This document shows positions 52,723 to 63,807 of a stretch of DNA of 64,000 nucleotides, piece after piece (position 1 is the first letter of the stretch; each line of letters opens with the position of its first letter). Source of the DNA: Bacteroidia bacterium. GTDB taxonomy: Bacteria; Bacteroidota; Bacteroidia; M30B66. Location of the stretch: the NCBI GenBank assembly GCA_965279035.1, contig OZ257142.1, forward strand, positions 824,682 through 888,681, given 5' to 3'. The position numbers and the translations under genes are program-made. A model generated the notes under the pieces. That model was not told where the DNA came from. It was given only the letters and a program-made list of their open reading frames with translations, and ran no database searches.

Positions 52723-52926
52723 TTAATTAGCGGTTGATGTGAGTTCACGCTTGCGAAGTTCCGTTTTCATACGAGCAATTGCACGTCGTGTAGAACGAAT
52801 CTTCAGTGGATTCTCAATTGTAGATACTGTATGGTTAAATACCATTTTAGCTAGTACCTGTGTTTCTTCTTGTATTTTGTCTTTCAATTCTACAATTGAA
52901 AGATCCTGAACTTGATCTTGTTTCAT
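52723..52926 (-). CDS. rpmC: 50S ribosomal protein L29
   Basis: 67 aa. Contains '[13 protein letters not shown]'. Confidence 0.85.
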   Translation of the reverse strand: MKQDQVQDLSIVELKDKIQEETQVLAKMVFNHTVSTIENPLKIRSTRRAIARMKTELRKRELTSTAN

Positions 52927-52932
52927 GGCTTA

Positions 52933-53361
52933 TCAGGCAGTTGCTTCTACGTAATCACGACGAACTATGAACTTCGTAGTTACTGGTAATTTTTGAGCTG
53001 CTAATCGAAGTGCTTCTTTTGCAATTTCCATTGGAACACCTTCTGCTTCGAAAATAATTGTTCCTGGTTTTACTACAGCAACCCAATATTCTGGAGCTCC
53101 TTTACCTTTACCCATACGAACCTCTGCTGGTTTTTTGGTAATTGGCTTATCAGGGAAAACGCGAATCCAAATTTGACCTTCACGCTTCATATAACGAGTT
53201 ACAGCAATACGAGCAGCCTCTATTTGACGTGCTGTCATCCATACACCCTCCATTGCTTTTATCCCAAAAGAGCCGAATGCTAACTCGTGTCCACGTGTTG
53301 CATTTCCGTGCATCTTCATTTTATGCTGCTTCCTGTACTTCGTACGTTTCGGCTGTAACAT
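52933..53361 (-). CDS. rplP: 50S ribosomal protein L16
   Basis: Starts '[14 protein letters not shown]'. Confidence 0.9.
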   Translation of the reverse strand: MLQPKRTKYRKQHKMKMHGNATRGHELAFGSFGIKAMEGVWMTARQIEAARIAVTRYMKREGQIWIRVFPDKPITKKPAEVRMGKGKGAPEYWVAVVKPGTIIFEAEGVPMEIAKEALRLAAQKLPVTTKFIVRRDYVEATA

Positions 53362-53446
53362 CTGTACTTCGTTTTATTGCGTGTTTCTTAATATTTTACT
53401 CTCCGTATTTACTTGGCTTTATGAATGCCTAGTATTTTGGGGACGG

Positions 53447-53476
53447 CAAAGATAGTAAGTTGTTTTTATTATCCAA
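53447..53476 (-). promoter_or_regulatory. Bacteroidetes sigma-A-type promoter (-33 TTG / 19-nt spacer / -7 TATCTTTG) internal to the S10 cluster, upstream of rplP
   Basis: On the minus strand it reads cTTGgataataaaaacaacttacTATCTTTGccgtccccaaaa. The -33 and -7 elements match the Bacteroidetes consensus TTG-N19-21-TAnnTTTG. Confidence 0.55.
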
Positions 53477-53584
53477 CAGACAAGAGTAAAAAATTTTCAC
53501 CTTCTGTGGTTAAGTCTTTAAATCCCTTTGTTTATGGGAGTTGCAATTTGAAAGACAGTTAAAAAATCGATCTTTCAAAGTTTA

Positions 53585-53615
53585 AAAAACAAAAAAAGGG
53601 AAGCTTACGCCTCCC
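53585..53615 (-). terminator. Intrinsic terminator immediately downstream of rpsC
   Basis: On the minus strand it reads gggaggcgtaagcttccc, a 6-bp stem including one G-U pair, followed by tttttttgtttttt. It starts 19 nt after the rpsC stop. Confidence 0.5.
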
Positions 53616-53633
53616 TCTTACTATGAATATTGT

Positions 53634-54380
53634 TTATTTATTGCGCTTATTCCTAGAGCGGCCACCTCTTTCACGATCACGATCTGGAGCTGAAGAATTT
53701 CCTCCTCCGCTTGTTTTTTGTGTCGCCATTCCTAAATTAGGAGAAAGATCTCTTTTACCAAATACTTCCCCTTTACAAACCCATACTTTTATACCAATAC
53801 GGCCATAAGTAGTATGTGCTTCTGATAATGCATAATCAATATCAGCACGAAGTGTATGAAGTGGAGTACGACCTTCTTTATAGCTTTCTACACGAGCCAT
53901 CTCAGCTCCTCCAAGTCGACCAGAAACTTTACATTTAATTCCTTCAGCTCCCATTCGCATGGTTGAAGCAATCGCAGTTTTCATAGCTCGACGGAATGAA
54001 ATTCTACCTTCTAATTGACGAGCAATTCCATCTGCCACTAAACGTGCATCTAATTCTGGACGCTTTATCTCGAAGATATTAATCTGAACTTCCTTCTTTG
54101 TTAGTTTTTTAAGCTCTTCTTTAAGCTTATCAACCTCTTGTCCACCTTTACCGATGATAATACCTGGGCGTGCTGTATTAATTGTTACAGTCACAAGCTT
54201 TAAGGTTCTCTCAATTACAATTCTTGAAACACCAGCTTTTACAAGACGAGCGCTAAGATATTTTCGGATTTTGTGGTCTTCTACTAGTTTATCCGAGTAG
54301 TTACGTCCTCCATACCAGTTGGAGTCCCAGCCACGAACGATGCCCAAACGAAGAGCAATCGGATTACATTTTTGTCCCAT
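53634..54380 (-). CDS. rpsC: 30S ribosomal protein S3 (with an Arg/Gly-rich C-terminal tail)
   Basis: KH domain '[25 protein letters not shown]'. Confidence 0.9.
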   Translation of the reverse strand: MGQKCNPIALRLGIVRGWDSNWYGGRNYSDKLVEDHKIRKYLSARLVKAGVSRIVIERTLKLVTVTINTARPGIIIGKGGQEVDKLKEELKKLTKKEVQINIFEIKRPELDARLVADGIARQLEGRISFRRAMKTAIASTMRMGAEGIKCKVSGRLGGAEMARVESYKEGRTPLHTLRADIDYALSEAHTTYGRIGIKVWVCKGEVFGKRDLSPNLGMATQKTSGGGNSSAPDRDRERGGRSRNKRNK

Positions 54381-54407
54381 GTAATATGTTATTGTCTGTA
54401 AAGTTGA

Positions 54408-54815
54408 TTAATTAACAGCGATCACTTTAGTATCCAAAACCAAAGTTACGTGGTTCGAACGCTTACGAATACGGAACCCTCTTCCTTGCGGAGCTGGGCG
54501 AAGACGTTTTAGCATACGTGCACCATCAACTTTTATCTCTTTTACAAAAACATTGCTGTCTTCAAGACGAAGTCCTTCATTCTTAGCTTGCCAATTGGCA
54601 ATAGCAGATAAAAGAAGTTTCTCAAGGCGTATTGCAGCCTCTTTATTTGTAAACTTCAAAATGGCAAGTGCACGATCTACATCTACTCCACGAACTAAAT
54701 CCGCAACTAAGCGCATCTTACGTGGTGATGTTGGACAATCATTTAATTTGGCAAATGCAATGGTTTTGCGTTCTGCCTTCATTGCATCGGCACGGAGTTT
54801 TTTTCTGGCTCCCAT
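54408..54815 (-). CDS. rplV: 50S ribosomal protein L22
   Basis: 135 aa, collinear with L22. Confidence 0.85.
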   Translation of the reverse strand: MGARKKLRADAMKAERKTIAFAKLNDCPTSPRKMRLVADLVRGVDVDRALAILKFTNKEAAIRLEKLLLSAIANWQAKNEGLRLEDSNVFVKEIKVDGARMLKRLRPAPQGRGFRIRKRSNHVTLVLDTKVIAVN

Positions 54816-54842
54816 GGTTTATTGGATAAAGAACGTTAGTGA

Positions 54843-55124
54843 TTATTTTCTTCCCTTGTCCTTACGGTTACCCGCATGACCACGGAAAGTACGAGTTGGG
54901 GCAAATTCTCCCAATTTGTGTCCTACCATGTTTTCGGTAACATAAACCGGGATGAACTTATTGCCATTGTGAACAGCGATTGTTTGTCCAACAAAATCCG
55001 GTGAAATCATGGAACGTCTTGCCCATGTTTTGATTACGGATTTCTTTCCTGACTCAATCATGGAGTATACTTTACGCTCCAGTTTGAAATCAATAAAGGG
55101 TCCTTTTTTTAGTGAACGGCTCAT
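54843..55124 (-). CDS. rpsS: 30S ribosomal protein S19
   Basis: Contains '[12 protein letters not shown]' ... '[26 protein letters not shown]'. Confidence 0.9.
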   Translation of the reverse strand: MSRSLKKGPFIDFKLERKVYSMIESGKKSVIKTWARRSMISPDFVGQTIAVHNGNKFIPVYVTENMVGHKLGEFAPTRTFRGHAGNRKDKGRK

Positions 55125-55152
55125 TTGTGTTGATTCTCAGGTGTTGAACAAT

Positions 55153-55977
55153 TTATTTTTTACGACGCTCAATGATGTACTTAGTACTGTGGTTTTTAGG
55201 AGCGCGAGTTTTGTATCCTTTTGCTGGAATACCATTTCTGCTTCTTGGATGTCCACCAGATGAACGTCCTTCACCACCACCCATAGGGTGATCTACCGGA
55301 TTCATTGAAACTCCTCGGTTGCGTGGACGACGTCCTTGCCAACGTGTACGGCCTGCTTTACCCGAACGAACCAAACGATGATCTGGATTTGATACAGTTC
55401 CTAAAACGGCTAGACATGTTGCTAAGATCATTCTTGTTTCTCCAGATGGCAATTTAACAATTGCATATTTACCATCTTTCGCAGCTAGTTGAGCTGATAC
55501 CCCAGCACTTCTTACGAGTTGTGCTCCTTGTCCTGGTCGTAATTCAATATGATGAATCATAGAACCTAGTGGAATATCTTTTAAGAATAAAGCATTTCCT
55601 GGTTCAACAGGTGCTTTAGTTCCAGACATTACTGACTGTCCAACCTCAAGCCCATTGGGTGCAAGAATATAGCGTTTTTCTCCGTCAGCATATTGTAACA
55701 AAGCAATACGTGCTGATCTGTTTGGATCATATTCGATTGATTTCACTACAGCAGGAACGTCATGCTTATCGCGTTTGAAATCGATTAAACGATAACGTTG
55801 TTTATGACCTCCGCCAATATAACGCATGGTCATTTTTCCACTGTGGTTACGACCACCGGATTTTTTTTGTTTTACTAGTAATGTTTTTTCCGGTTCACGG
55901 GTTGTTACATCACTGTAAGTATCAGCTACCTTAAATCGGGTACCTGGTGTAATTGGGTTGAATTTTCTGAGTCCCAT
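55153..55977 (-). CDS. rplB: 50S ribosomal protein L2
   Basis: 274 aa. Contains '[15 protein letters not shown]'. Confidence 0.9.
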   Translation of the reverse strand: MGLRKFNPITPGTRFKVADTYSDVTTREPEKTLLVKQKKSGGRNHSGKMTMRYIGGGHKQRYRLIDFKRDKHDVPAVVKSIEYDPNRSARIALLQYADGEKRYILAPNGLEVGQSVMSGTKAPVEPGNALFLKDIPLGSMIHHIELRPGQGAQLVRSAGVSAQLAAKDGKYAIVKLPSGETRMILATCLAVLGTVSNPDHRLVRSGKAGRTRWQGRRPRNRGVSMNPVDHPMGGGEGRSSGGHPRSRNGIPAKGYKTRAPKNHSTKYIIERRKK

Positions 55978-55983
55978 TTCTTA

Positions 55984-56274
55984 TCAAATGTTACTGTAAA
56001 AGTCAATGGTATCTCCCGCTTTTAACGATACAATGGCTTTTTTGCAGTTACCTACAAGTCCACTGTTAACACCACTTTTCGTATTACGCATTTTAACTTT
56101 TCCGATGAATTTCATCGTACGGATATTCTCTACTGTCACACCATATAATTGTTCAATGGCTGACTTAATTTCGATTTTGTTGGCCCCAGGATGAACCACA
56201 AAACCAAAGCGGTTCATCTTCTCAGATTGGCCGGTCATCTTTTCTGTGATGATTGGTTTGATAATGATGCTCAT
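55984..56274 (-). CDS. rplW: 50S ribosomal protein L23
   Basis: 96 aa, collinear with L23. Confidence 0.85.
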   Translation of the reverse strand: MSIIIKPIITEKMTGQSEKMNRFGFVVHPGANKIEIKSAIEQLYGVTVENIRTMKFIGKVKMRNTKSGVNSGLVGNCKKAIVSLKAGDTIDFYSNI

Positions 56275-56275
56275 A

Positions 56276-56908
56276 TCAGTTTTGTGCTAAGAGGTTTTCA
56301 ATCGATTTTACAGAATTTTCAAACAACACGATACTTCCAGCATTCAAAATATCGTAAGTGTTTAAATCGCTAGCAACTACAACTTTACTTCTTTGAAGAT
56401 TACGTGATGATAAGTAAAGGTTCTCGTTCAGTTCTGGAATAACAACAAGTGTTTTCTTATCTGAAACTTTTAGATTACTTAAAATCGAGTTGTAATTTTT
56501 GGTTGATGGTTTTGCAAAATCAAAATTCTCAACCAATACAATTCCGTTTTCTTGAGCTTTGTAAGTAAGTGCCGACTTTCTTGCCAACTGCTTTACTTTC
56601 TTGTTCAAACGAAATGAATAATCACGTGGACGTGGTCCGAAAATACGTCCTCCACCAACAAATACTGGTGATTTAATACTTCCTGCACGAGCTCCACCAG
56701 TTCCTTTTTGACGCTTTAATTTGCGTGTTGAACCTGATACTTCTGCACGTTCTTTTGATTTGTGCGTTCCTTGACGACGGTTTGCAAGAATTTGCTTAAC
56801 GTCGAGGTAAATCGCATGATCATTTGGTTCGATACCGAATATGTCTTTACTTAAAGACACCTTGCGGCCGGTCTCTTGACCGTTTGAGTTGAATACTGCG
56901 AGTTCCAT
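56276..56908 (-). CDS. rplD: 50S ribosomal protein L4
   Basis: 210 aa, collinear with L4. Confidence 0.85.
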   Translation of the reverse strand: MELAVFNSNGQETGRKVSLSKDIFGIEPNDHAIYLDVKQILANRRQGTHKSKERAEVSGSTRKLKRQKGTGGARAGSIKSPVFVGGGRIFGPRPRDYSFRLNKKVKQLARKSALTYKAQENGIVLVENFDFAKPSTKNYNSILSNLKVSDKKTLVVIPELNENLYLSSRNLQRSKVVVASDLNTYDILNAGSIVLFENSVKSIENLLAQN

Positions 56909-56909
56909 G

Positions 56910-57527
56910 TTACTTCTCGATCATTACGTAAGAACCCTTCGGACCTGGGATTGCTCCCTGAACTACGATTAGATTCTGTTCGGGTAAAACTTTCAAAACG
57001 GTAAGATTTTGCAACTTAACACGAGCTCCTCCAGTACGACCTGCCATGCGCATTCCTTTGAATACACGTGAAGGATAAGAAGATGCTCCTAGTGATCCAG
57101 GTGCACGAAGACGGTTATGTTGACCGTGAGTAGCCATACCAACTCCACTAAATCCATGACGCTTTACAACACCTTGGAAACCTTTTCCTTTGGATGTTCC
57201 AATTACGTCTACAAATTCTCCTTCAGTAAACAAATCAACTGTGATTGTGCTTCCTAAAGTTTGTTCTGTTTCGAAGAAACGAAATTCAGCTACTTTACGC
57301 ATAGGTGCTGTATTTGCTTTCGCAAAGTGACCTTTCATTGCAGCAGATGTATGCTTCTCCTTTTTCTCGTCAAACGCCAGTTGAACTGCGCTATAACCAT
57401 CTTTTTCGATGGTTTTGACTTGCGTTACAACGCAAGGACCAGCTTCTATAATTGTGCATGGTATGTTCTTACCAGCGGCACTGTAGATACTGGTCATACC
57501 GATTTTTTTTCCGATTAGACCTGACAT
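56910..57527 (-). CDS. rplC: 50S ribosomal protein L3
   Basis: Starts '[15 protein letters not shown]'. Confidence 0.9.
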   Translation of the reverse strand: MSGLIGKKIGMTSIYSAAGKNIPCTIIEAGPCVVTQVKTIEKDGYSAVQLAFDEKKEKHTSAAMKGHFAKANTAPMRKVAEFRFFETEQTLGSTITVDLFTEGEFVDVIGTSKGKGFQGVVKRHGFSGVGMATHGQHNRLRAPGSLGASSYPSRVFKGMRMAGRTGGARVKLQNLTVLKVLPEQNLIVVQGAIPGPKGSYVMIEK

Positions 57528-57573
57528 TTTATTTTATTGTGTGATAGAAATTCAATGATTTAATTTTAAAGCA

Positions 57574-57879
57574 CTAGACTTTAATTTCAACTTCAACTCC
57601 ACTTGGTAGCTCTAATTTCATCAAAGCGTCAACTGTTTTTGAAGTTGTACTGTAGATATCTAACAAGCGCTTGTATGAACAAAGTTGGAATTGCTCTCTT
57701 GCCTTTTTGTTCACGTGCGGTGAACGAAGTACAGTGAAGATCTTTTTGTTCGTTGGAAGTGGAATTGGTCCACTTACTACAGCTCCTGTAGATTTTACCG
57801 TTTTAACAATTTTCTCAGCCGATTTGTCTACAAGATTGTAGTCATAAGACTTGAGTTTAATTCGGATTTTCTGGCTCAT
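57574..57879 (-). CDS. rpsJ: 30S ribosomal protein S10
   Basis: Contains '[13 protein letters not shown]' ... 'GPIPLPT'. Confidence 0.9.
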   Translation of the reverse strand: MSQKIRIKLKSYDYNLVDKSAEKIVKTVKSTGAVVSGPIPLPTNKKIFTVLRSPHVNKKAREQFQLCSYKRLLDIYSTTSKTVDALMKLELPSGVEVEIKV

Positions 57880-57896
57880 GGGTTTATAAAGAACGA

Positions 57897-60002
57897 TTAA
57901 ACATTTGCAGTTTTACCTTTTGCTTTCGCAATCACTTCGTCAGCAACGTTACGTGGAGCTTCAGCGTAATGCGAAGGTTCCATAGTTGATGTTGCGCGTC
58001 CAGAAGAAATCGTACGTAGTGTTGTAACATATCCGAACATTTCACTCAATGGAACTTTTGCACGGATTACTTGAGCACCACCACGACTGTCCATTCCTTC
58101 CAATTGACCACGACGTTTGTTCAAGTCACCAATGATATCTCCCATATAATCTTCTGGAGTTACCACTTCTACTTTCATGATTGGCTCAAGAAGTACTGGT
58201 TTCGCTTTGGGTAATGCCTCGCGGAATGCTGTTTTAGCGCAGATTTCGAAAGACAATGAATCAGAGTCAACAGCATGGTATGAACCATCGCTAAGTGTAA
58301 CTTTTAAACTATCCATAGTATATCCAGCAAGAACACCATTTTGCATGGCTGTCTTAAATCCTTTTTCTACTGATGGAATGTATTCACGTGGAATGTTACC
58401 TCCAACTACTGCATTGATAAACTGAAGACCTTCTTTTCCTTCATCAGCTGGTCCAATCGTAACAACGATGTCAGCGAATTTACCACGACCACCAGTTTGT
58501 TTTTTGTAAACCTCACGGTGATTGATTGTAGAAGTAATAGCCTCTTTGTAGTTTACTTGTGGAGCTCCTTGGTTACACTCAACTTTAAACTCACGTTTTA
58601 AACGGTCAAGGATAATTTCCAAGTGAAGCTCACCCATTCCGCTGATAATGGTTTGACCAGAATCTTCATCCGTTTTAACACGGAACGTTGGATCTTCTTC
58701 AGCTAATTTTGATAAAGCCATACCCAATTTATCTACGTCAGCTTGAGTTTTAGGCTCAATCGCAACACCGATAACTGGATCAGGGAAATTCATTGCTTCA
58801 AGAACAATTGGATGCTTCTCATCACATAGTGTATCTCCTGTTTTGATATCTTTAAATCCTACTGCCGCTCCAATATCTCCAGCTTCAATGTATTCGATTG
58901 AATTCTGTTTATTAGCATGCATTTGGAAGATACGGCTGATACGCTCTTTGTTACCACTACGGGTATTCAATACGTATGAACCAGCATCAAGATGTCCTGA
59001 ATAAGCACGGAAGAAACAAAGACGACCTACGAATGGATCGGTTGCTATCTTAAATGCTAAAGCCGTAAATGGATCTTTAACATCTGGACGACGTGTAACT
59101 TCTTCACCTGTATCTGGATTAATACCTGTGATACTTTCTTTATCCATTGGGCTTGGCATCAACTCCATTACAAGGTCTAGCATTGTTTGAACACCCTTGT
59201 TTTTGAAAGCTGTTCCACAAACCATAGGAACAATTTTATTTGTAACGCAAGCTTGACGAAGTGCTGTCAAGATTTCACGTTCTGTAATAGATTCAGGAGC
59301 ATCAAAGAATTTCTCCATCAAACTATCATCAAATTCAGCGATTGCTTCAAGCAATTTCCCTCTCCATTCTGTAGCCTCATCCAGCATATCTTCTGGAATT
59401 GGAACAATATTGAAAGTCATTCCTTTATCAGCATCATTCCACTCAATTCCACGGAAGTTAATCAAATCAACTACTCCACGGAAAGTTTCTTCAGCTCCAA
59501 TTGGTAGCTGAAGTGGAATTGGATTTCCTCCAAGTACTTCTTTCACTTGCTTAACAACAGCAAGGAAGTCAGCTCCCTGACGGTCCATTTTATTTACGAA
59601 TCCTAAACGTGTTACGTTGTAGTTATTCGCTAAGCGCCAGTTTGTTTCTGATTGAGGTTCAACACCATCAACAGCAGAGAACAAGAACACCAATCCATCC
59701 AATACACGAAGTGAACGATTTACTTCAACCGTAAAGTCAACGTGACCTGGAGTATCAATGATGTTTAATTTGTATTTGTTATCACGGTAATTCCAGAAAC
59801 AAGTTGTTGCTGCAGACGTGATTGTGATACCGCGTTCCTGCTCCTGAACCATCCAGTCCATAGTAGCAGCTCCGTCGTGTACTTCACCAATTTTATGGTT
59901 TACACCGGTATAATAAAGAATACGCTCTGTCGTAGTTGTTTTACCGGCATCAATGTGCGCGGCAATACCGATGTTGCGTGTGTATTGAAGATCGTGAGCC
60001 AT
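57897..60002 (-). CDS. fusA: Translation elongation factor G
   Basis: 701 aa. G-domain '[15 protein letters not shown]' and 'DTPGHVDF'. Confidence 0.9.
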   Translation of the reverse strand: MAHDLQYTRNIGIAAHIDAGKTTTTERILYYTGVNHKIGEVHDGAATMDWMVQEQERGITITSAATTCFWNYRDNKYKLNIIDTPGHVDFTVEVNRSLRVLDGLVFLFSAVDGVEPQSETNWRLANNYNVTRLGFVNKMDRQGADFLAVVKQVKEVLGGNPIPLQLPIGAEETFRGVVDLINFRGIEWNDADKGMTFNIVPIPEDMLDEATEWRGKLLEAIAEFDDSLMEKFFDAPESITEREILTALRQACVTNKIVPMVCGTAFKNKGVQTMLDLVMELMPSPMDKESITGINPDTGEEVTRRPDVKDPFTALAFKIATDPFVGRLCFFRAYSGHLDAGSYVLNTRSGNKERISRIFQMHANKQNSIEYIEAGDIGAAVGFKDIKTGDTLCDEKHPIVLEAMNFPDPVIGVAIEPKTQADVDKLGMALSKLAEEDPTFRVKTDEDSGQTIISGMGELHLEIILDRLKREFKVECNQGAPQVNYKEAITSTINHREVYKKQTGGRGKFADIVVTIGPADEGKEGLQFINAVVGGNIPREYIPSVEKGFKTAMQNGVLAGYTMDSLKVTLSDGSYHAVDSDSLSFEICAKTAFREALPKAKPVLLEPIMKVEVVTPEDYMGDIIGDLNKRRGQLEGMDSRGGAQVIRAKVPLSEMFGYVTTLRTISSGRATSTMEPSHYAEAPRNVADEVIAKAKGKTANV

Positions 60003-60026
60003 GACGTTCTTGGGAATCTCTTGGGA

Positions 60027-60494
60027 TTAGAAGCGGAAATGTGAAAATGCTTTGTTCGCCTCAGCCATACGGTGAGTGTCTTCTTTCTTTTTGTGAGCGG
60101 AACCTTCGCCTTTCGACGCAGCTACAATCTCAGAAGCTAGACGTTGTGCCATCGACTTCTCATTGCGCTTACGTGAATACATAATCATCCATTTCATACC
60201 TAAAGCGATACGACGATCCGGACGAATTTCCATCGGAATCTGAAACGTAGCTCCTCCAACACGACGGCTTTTTACCTCAACTGTTGGACTAACGTTTTCC
60301 AAAGCACGTTTCCATACTTCATGACCGTTTTCTTCAGTACGTTTTTCTACGATATCAACTGCATCGTAAAAAATGGAGTAAGCGATGCTCTTTTTACCAT
60401 CGAACATCAAGTTATTAACGAAACGCGTTACCAATGGATCGTTAAATCTTGGATCCGGTGTGCGAGCTATTCGTTTGGGGGTGGTCTTTCTCAT
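60027..60494 (-). CDS. rpsG: 30S ribosomal protein S7
   Basis: 155 aa, collinear with S7. Confidence 0.9.
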   Translation of the reverse strand: MRKTTPKRIARTPDPRFNDPLVTRFVNNLMFDGKKSIAYSIFYDAVDIVEKRTEENGHEVWKRALENVSPTVEVKSRRVGGATFQIPMEIRPDRRIALGMKWMIMYSRKRNEKSMAQRLASEIVAASKGEGSAHKKKEDTHRMAEANKAFSHFRF

Positions 60495-60522
60495 GGTGCG
60501 AAAGGAATGCTATTGTCTTTAT

Positions 60523-60936
60523 TTATTTCTTTTTGCCTTTACCTGCAGCTGCAGCTGGTTGTCCTGGTTTTGGACGTTTCGTTCCATATTTAGAACGACG
60601 TTGATTACGACCTTCTACTCCAGATGTATCTAATGCACCACGTACAATGTGGTAACGTACCCCTGGTAGATCTTTTACACGACCACCACGTATTAATACA
60701 ATACTGTGTTCTTGTAAGTTGTGACCTTCTCCTGGAATGTATGCGTTAACTTCTTTCGTATTCGTTAATCGAACACGAGCTACTTTACGCATTGCTGAGT
60801 TAGGTTTCTTTGGTGTTGTTGTGTATACGCGTGTACACACTCCACGACGCTGAGGACATGAATCCAAAGCTGGACTCTTACTCTTAGTTGCGTTGGGCGT
60901 GCGGCCCTTACGTACAAGCTGCTGGATAGTAGGCAT
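60523..60936 (-). CDS. rpsL: 30S ribosomal protein S12 (Bacteroidetes-type, with a ~13-aa C-terminal Lys/Ala-rich extension)
   Basis: Starts '[12 protein letters not shown]' and contains '[11 protein letters not shown]'. Confidence 0.9.
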   Translation of the reverse strand: MPTIQQLVRKGRTPNATKSKSPALDSCPQRRGVCTRVYTTTPKKPNSAMRKVARVRLTNTKEVNAYIPGEGHNLQEHSIVLIRGGRVKDLPGVRYHIVRGALDTSGVEGRNQRRSKYGTKRPKPGQPAAAAGKGKKK

Positions 60937-61004
60937 GCTTTTAGGCGTTGATTGTATGGATGTTAGAGACTCTTTTTAGCTAATTCGCCCAATTTTTGGG
61001 AGCG

Positions 61005-61034
61005 CAAAGATAGGAAGTACTTTCAAATTCACAA
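61005..61034 (-). promoter_or_regulatory. Bacteroidetes sigma-A-type promoter of the rpsL-rpsG-fusA... operon
   Basis: On the minus strand it reads agTTGtgaatttgaaagtacttccTATCTTTGcgctcccaaaaa: TTG, a 19-nt spacer, then TAnnTTTG. It lies ~70 nt upstream of the rpsL ATG. Confidence 0.55.
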
Positions 61035-61359
61035 CTAGGTGAGTAAAAAATAATTCCACAGAATGATGCTTTTCTTTTGAACAGTCTTTTTTGAAGCCAT
61101 TTATTTAGCTCAATTTGACCTTTGCAAAGCGCTACTTTCCTTTTATACATTCCTTTCTATTCATTTTTGATGAAGTAGATTTTTTTTCAATTTATTTTTC
61201 ATTTGGGGGCGCCTTCGGCCAGGTGCTCGCCTGTACGCTTCGCCCAAATTGGGCTGCAGGGTACTTGTCTCGCCCCTTCGCCCGTCTTATTCTTCCTATT
61301 TAACATCATCGTGAATAAATTACTACATTCTTCGTTTCTGCATTCCCTAACTTTGCCCC

Positions 61360-63714
61360 ATGCAGAATGATTATTTAAATGAGCTAAATCCAATCCAGCG
61401 ACAGGCTGTTGAAAATACCGAAGGGCCTGTTATGATTATTGCCGGTGCTGGTTCTGGAAAAACGCGTGTACTTACATATCGAATAGCACACCTTCTTAGT
61501 AAAGGTGTTGATGCATTTAACATTTTATCACTCACGTTCACGAATAAAGCTGCTCGTGAAATGAAAGAACGCATCCATAAAATAGTGAAGAATACCGAGT
61601 CTGCTAATCTTTGGATGGGAACTTTTCACTCCGTGTTTGCTCGTATCCTTCGATTCGAAGCCGAAAAACTTGGTTATCCTTCCAATTTTACAATCTATGA
61701 TACAGATGATTCCAAAAGCCTTATCAAAACGATTCTAGGTGAAATGCAATTAGATGATAAAATCTATAAGCCATCTCTCGTCTTAAATCGAATTTCCAAT
61801 GCAAAAAATAACCTGATTTCTTCCGCGCAATACCTTAATCAACCTGAAGTCATTGAAGAAGACCGTCAAAGCGGAAAGCCAAAATTAGGTTTGGTTTATG
61901 AAGCGTACGAAAAACGTTGTTTTAAAGCATCAGCAATGGATTTTGATGATTTGCTCTTTAAAACCAATGTGCTTTTAAAACAATATCCCGATGTACTATA
62001 TAAGTATCAACAGAAATTCAAGTACATTTTAGTTGACGAGTACCAGGATACCAATTTCAGTCAGTATTTAATAGTAAAAAAACTGGCTGCCATGTTTCAG
62101 AATATTTGCGTTGTAGGCGATGATGCACAAAGTATTTATGCTTTCCGCGGAGCGAATATTCAAAACATCCTCAATTTCGAAAAAGACTATCCTGATCTCA
62201 AAGTTTATAAACTCGAACAAAACTATCGCTCAACTAAAACAATTGTTCAGGCCGCCAATAGTGTCATTCGCAACAATAAAGACCAGCTGAAAAAAGTAGT
62301 CTGGACCGACAATAAAGACGGAGAATTAATTCGATTATTAAAAGCAAGTACAGATAATGAAGAAGGTTCAATGGTGGCAAACGGCATTTTCGATCTTCGA
62401 ATGAATTATCAATTACCTAACAGTGATATTGCCATTTTGTATCGAACAAACGCACAAAGCCGTTCGATGGAAGAAGCACTCCGTAAACGTGGTATTCCTT
62501 ATCGTATATATGGTGGCCTTTCGTTTTACAAGAGAAAGGAAATTAAAGATCTACTAGCTTATTGCCGATTAACCATCAATCCGAAAGACGAAGAAGCATT
62601 AAAGCGGGTGATTAATTATCCAGCTCGAGGAATTGGAAAAACCTCCCTCGAAAAAATTATCGTTTCTGCTGATCAACATAATAAAAGTATCTGGGAAATT
62701 ATTGAAGGAATGGCATTGTATCGTCCTATAAGCGGGGCTTCTGCTCAAAAGGTGATCGACTTTGTTACGATGATTAAAAGCTTTCAACATGGACTTAAAA
62801 GCACAAATGCATACGATTTAGCAATGCATATTGCACGTTCATCTGGTCTGCTAAAAGAATTAGGCAGTGATAAAACTCCCGAAGGCATTAGTAAACATGA
62901 AAATGTAATGGAGTTACTTAATGGGATTCAAGAATTTGTTGATACTCCTCCCGAAAGTGATGATGAAGTGGCTGAAAGAACCTTAGATGTTTTCATGCAA
63001 GACATTGCTTTGCTAACAGACGCAGATGAAAACGAAAAAGATGATCCCAATCGTGTTTCCATGATGACAATTCACGCAGCCAAGGGATTGGAATTTCCTG
63101 CTGTATTTGTTGTTGGATTAGAAGAAAATTTATTCCCTTCTCAATTATCATTAAACAGCAGGGAAGAATTGGAAGAAGAGCGTCGATTATTTTATGTTGC
63201 AATTACTCGTGCTGAGAAACATTTAACATTATCAAGTGCTACAACCCGCTATCGTTGGGGACAAATAACGCATTCGGAGCCGAGTCGATTTTTAGAAGAA
63301 ATAGATGCATCCTTATTGGATATGCCAGTTGCTTCAGAGCCCAAAGGTTTTCTTGATTTTAGTTCGGAACGGTCAAGTTTCGGTGGATTTACTCCCAAAG
63401 GAACAGCCAATGCATTCAAATCAAAAACTTCCAAAGAACCTGATTTGCCTTTGCTTCAACCTAAAAAAGGCTTTACACCTTTGAAAAAAGTACTGGACAA
63501 ACCCATTTCAAATCAAGAATCAACCTCATTATTTATAGCTGATGATGTTAGTAAACTTCAATCTGGTATGGAGGTTATACACGAGCGATTTGGGCCTGGA
63601 AAAGTTCTAAACGTTGATGGTAGACCAGGAGAACAGAAAGCAACCATCTTTTTCAAAGAAGTAGGACAAAAACAATTATTGCTTAAGTTTGCACGACTAA
63701 AGATAATTAGCTGA
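61360..63714 (+). CDS. ATP-dependent DNA helicase, UvrD/PcrA/Rep superfamily 1
   Basis: 784 aa. Walker A 'AGAGSGKTRVLTYRIAHLL', 'VDEYQDTN' (motif II), 'GDDAQSIYAFRGA' and 'MTIHAAKGLEFPAVFVVG'. Confidence 0.85.
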   Translation: MQNDYLNELNPIQRQAVENTEGPVMIIAGAGSGKTRVLTYRIAHLLSKGVDAFNILSLTFTNKAAREMKERIHKIVKNTESANLWMGTFHSVFARILRFEAEKLGYPSNFTIYDTDDSKSLIKTILGEMQLDDKIYKPSLVLNRISNAKNNLISSAQYLNQPEVIEEDRQSGKPKLGLVYEAYEKRCFKASAMDFDDLLFKTNVLLKQYPDVLYKYQQKFKYILVDEYQDTNFSQYLIVKKLAAMFQNICVVGDDAQSIYAFRGANIQNILNFEKDYPDLKVYKLEQNYRSTKTIVQAANSVIRNNKDQLKKVVWTDNKDGELIRLLKASTDNEEGSMVANGIFDLRMNYQLPNSDIAILYRTNAQSRSMEEALRKRGIPYRIYGGLSFYKRKEIKDLLAYCRLTINPKDEEALKRVINYPARGIGKTSLEKIIVSADQHNKSIWEIIEGMALYRPISGASAQKVIDFVTMIKSFQHGLKSTNAYDLAMHIARSSGLLKELGSDKTPEGISKHENVMELLNGIQEFVDTPPESDDEVAERTLDVFMQDIALLTDADENEKDDPNRVSMMTIHAAKGLEFPAVFVVGLEENLFPSQLSLNSREELEEERRLFYVAITRAEKHLTLSSATTRYRWGQITHSEPSRFLEEIDASLLDMPVASEPKGFLDFSSERSSFGGFTPKGTANAFKSKTSKEPDLPLLQPKKGFTPLKKVLDKPISNQESTSLFIADDVSKLQSGMEVIHERFGPGKVLNVDGRPGEQKATIFFKEVGQKQLLLKFARLKIIS

Positions 63715-63807
63715 TACCGAAACCCTTTATTGATTGGTGTTTCAAAGGAATTCAACTGGAAAATTCGATTGTTTCCTATTGATTTCATTTCCCAAAGATT
63801 AAACTAC

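Noticed and set aside
61196-61290. GC-rich segment considered as a tRNA or SRP/6S RNA
   Set aside because: There is no T-loop (GTTCRANYC), anticodon-arm geometry or 4.5S domain IV consensus. It is kept only as a low-confidence structured-element finding.
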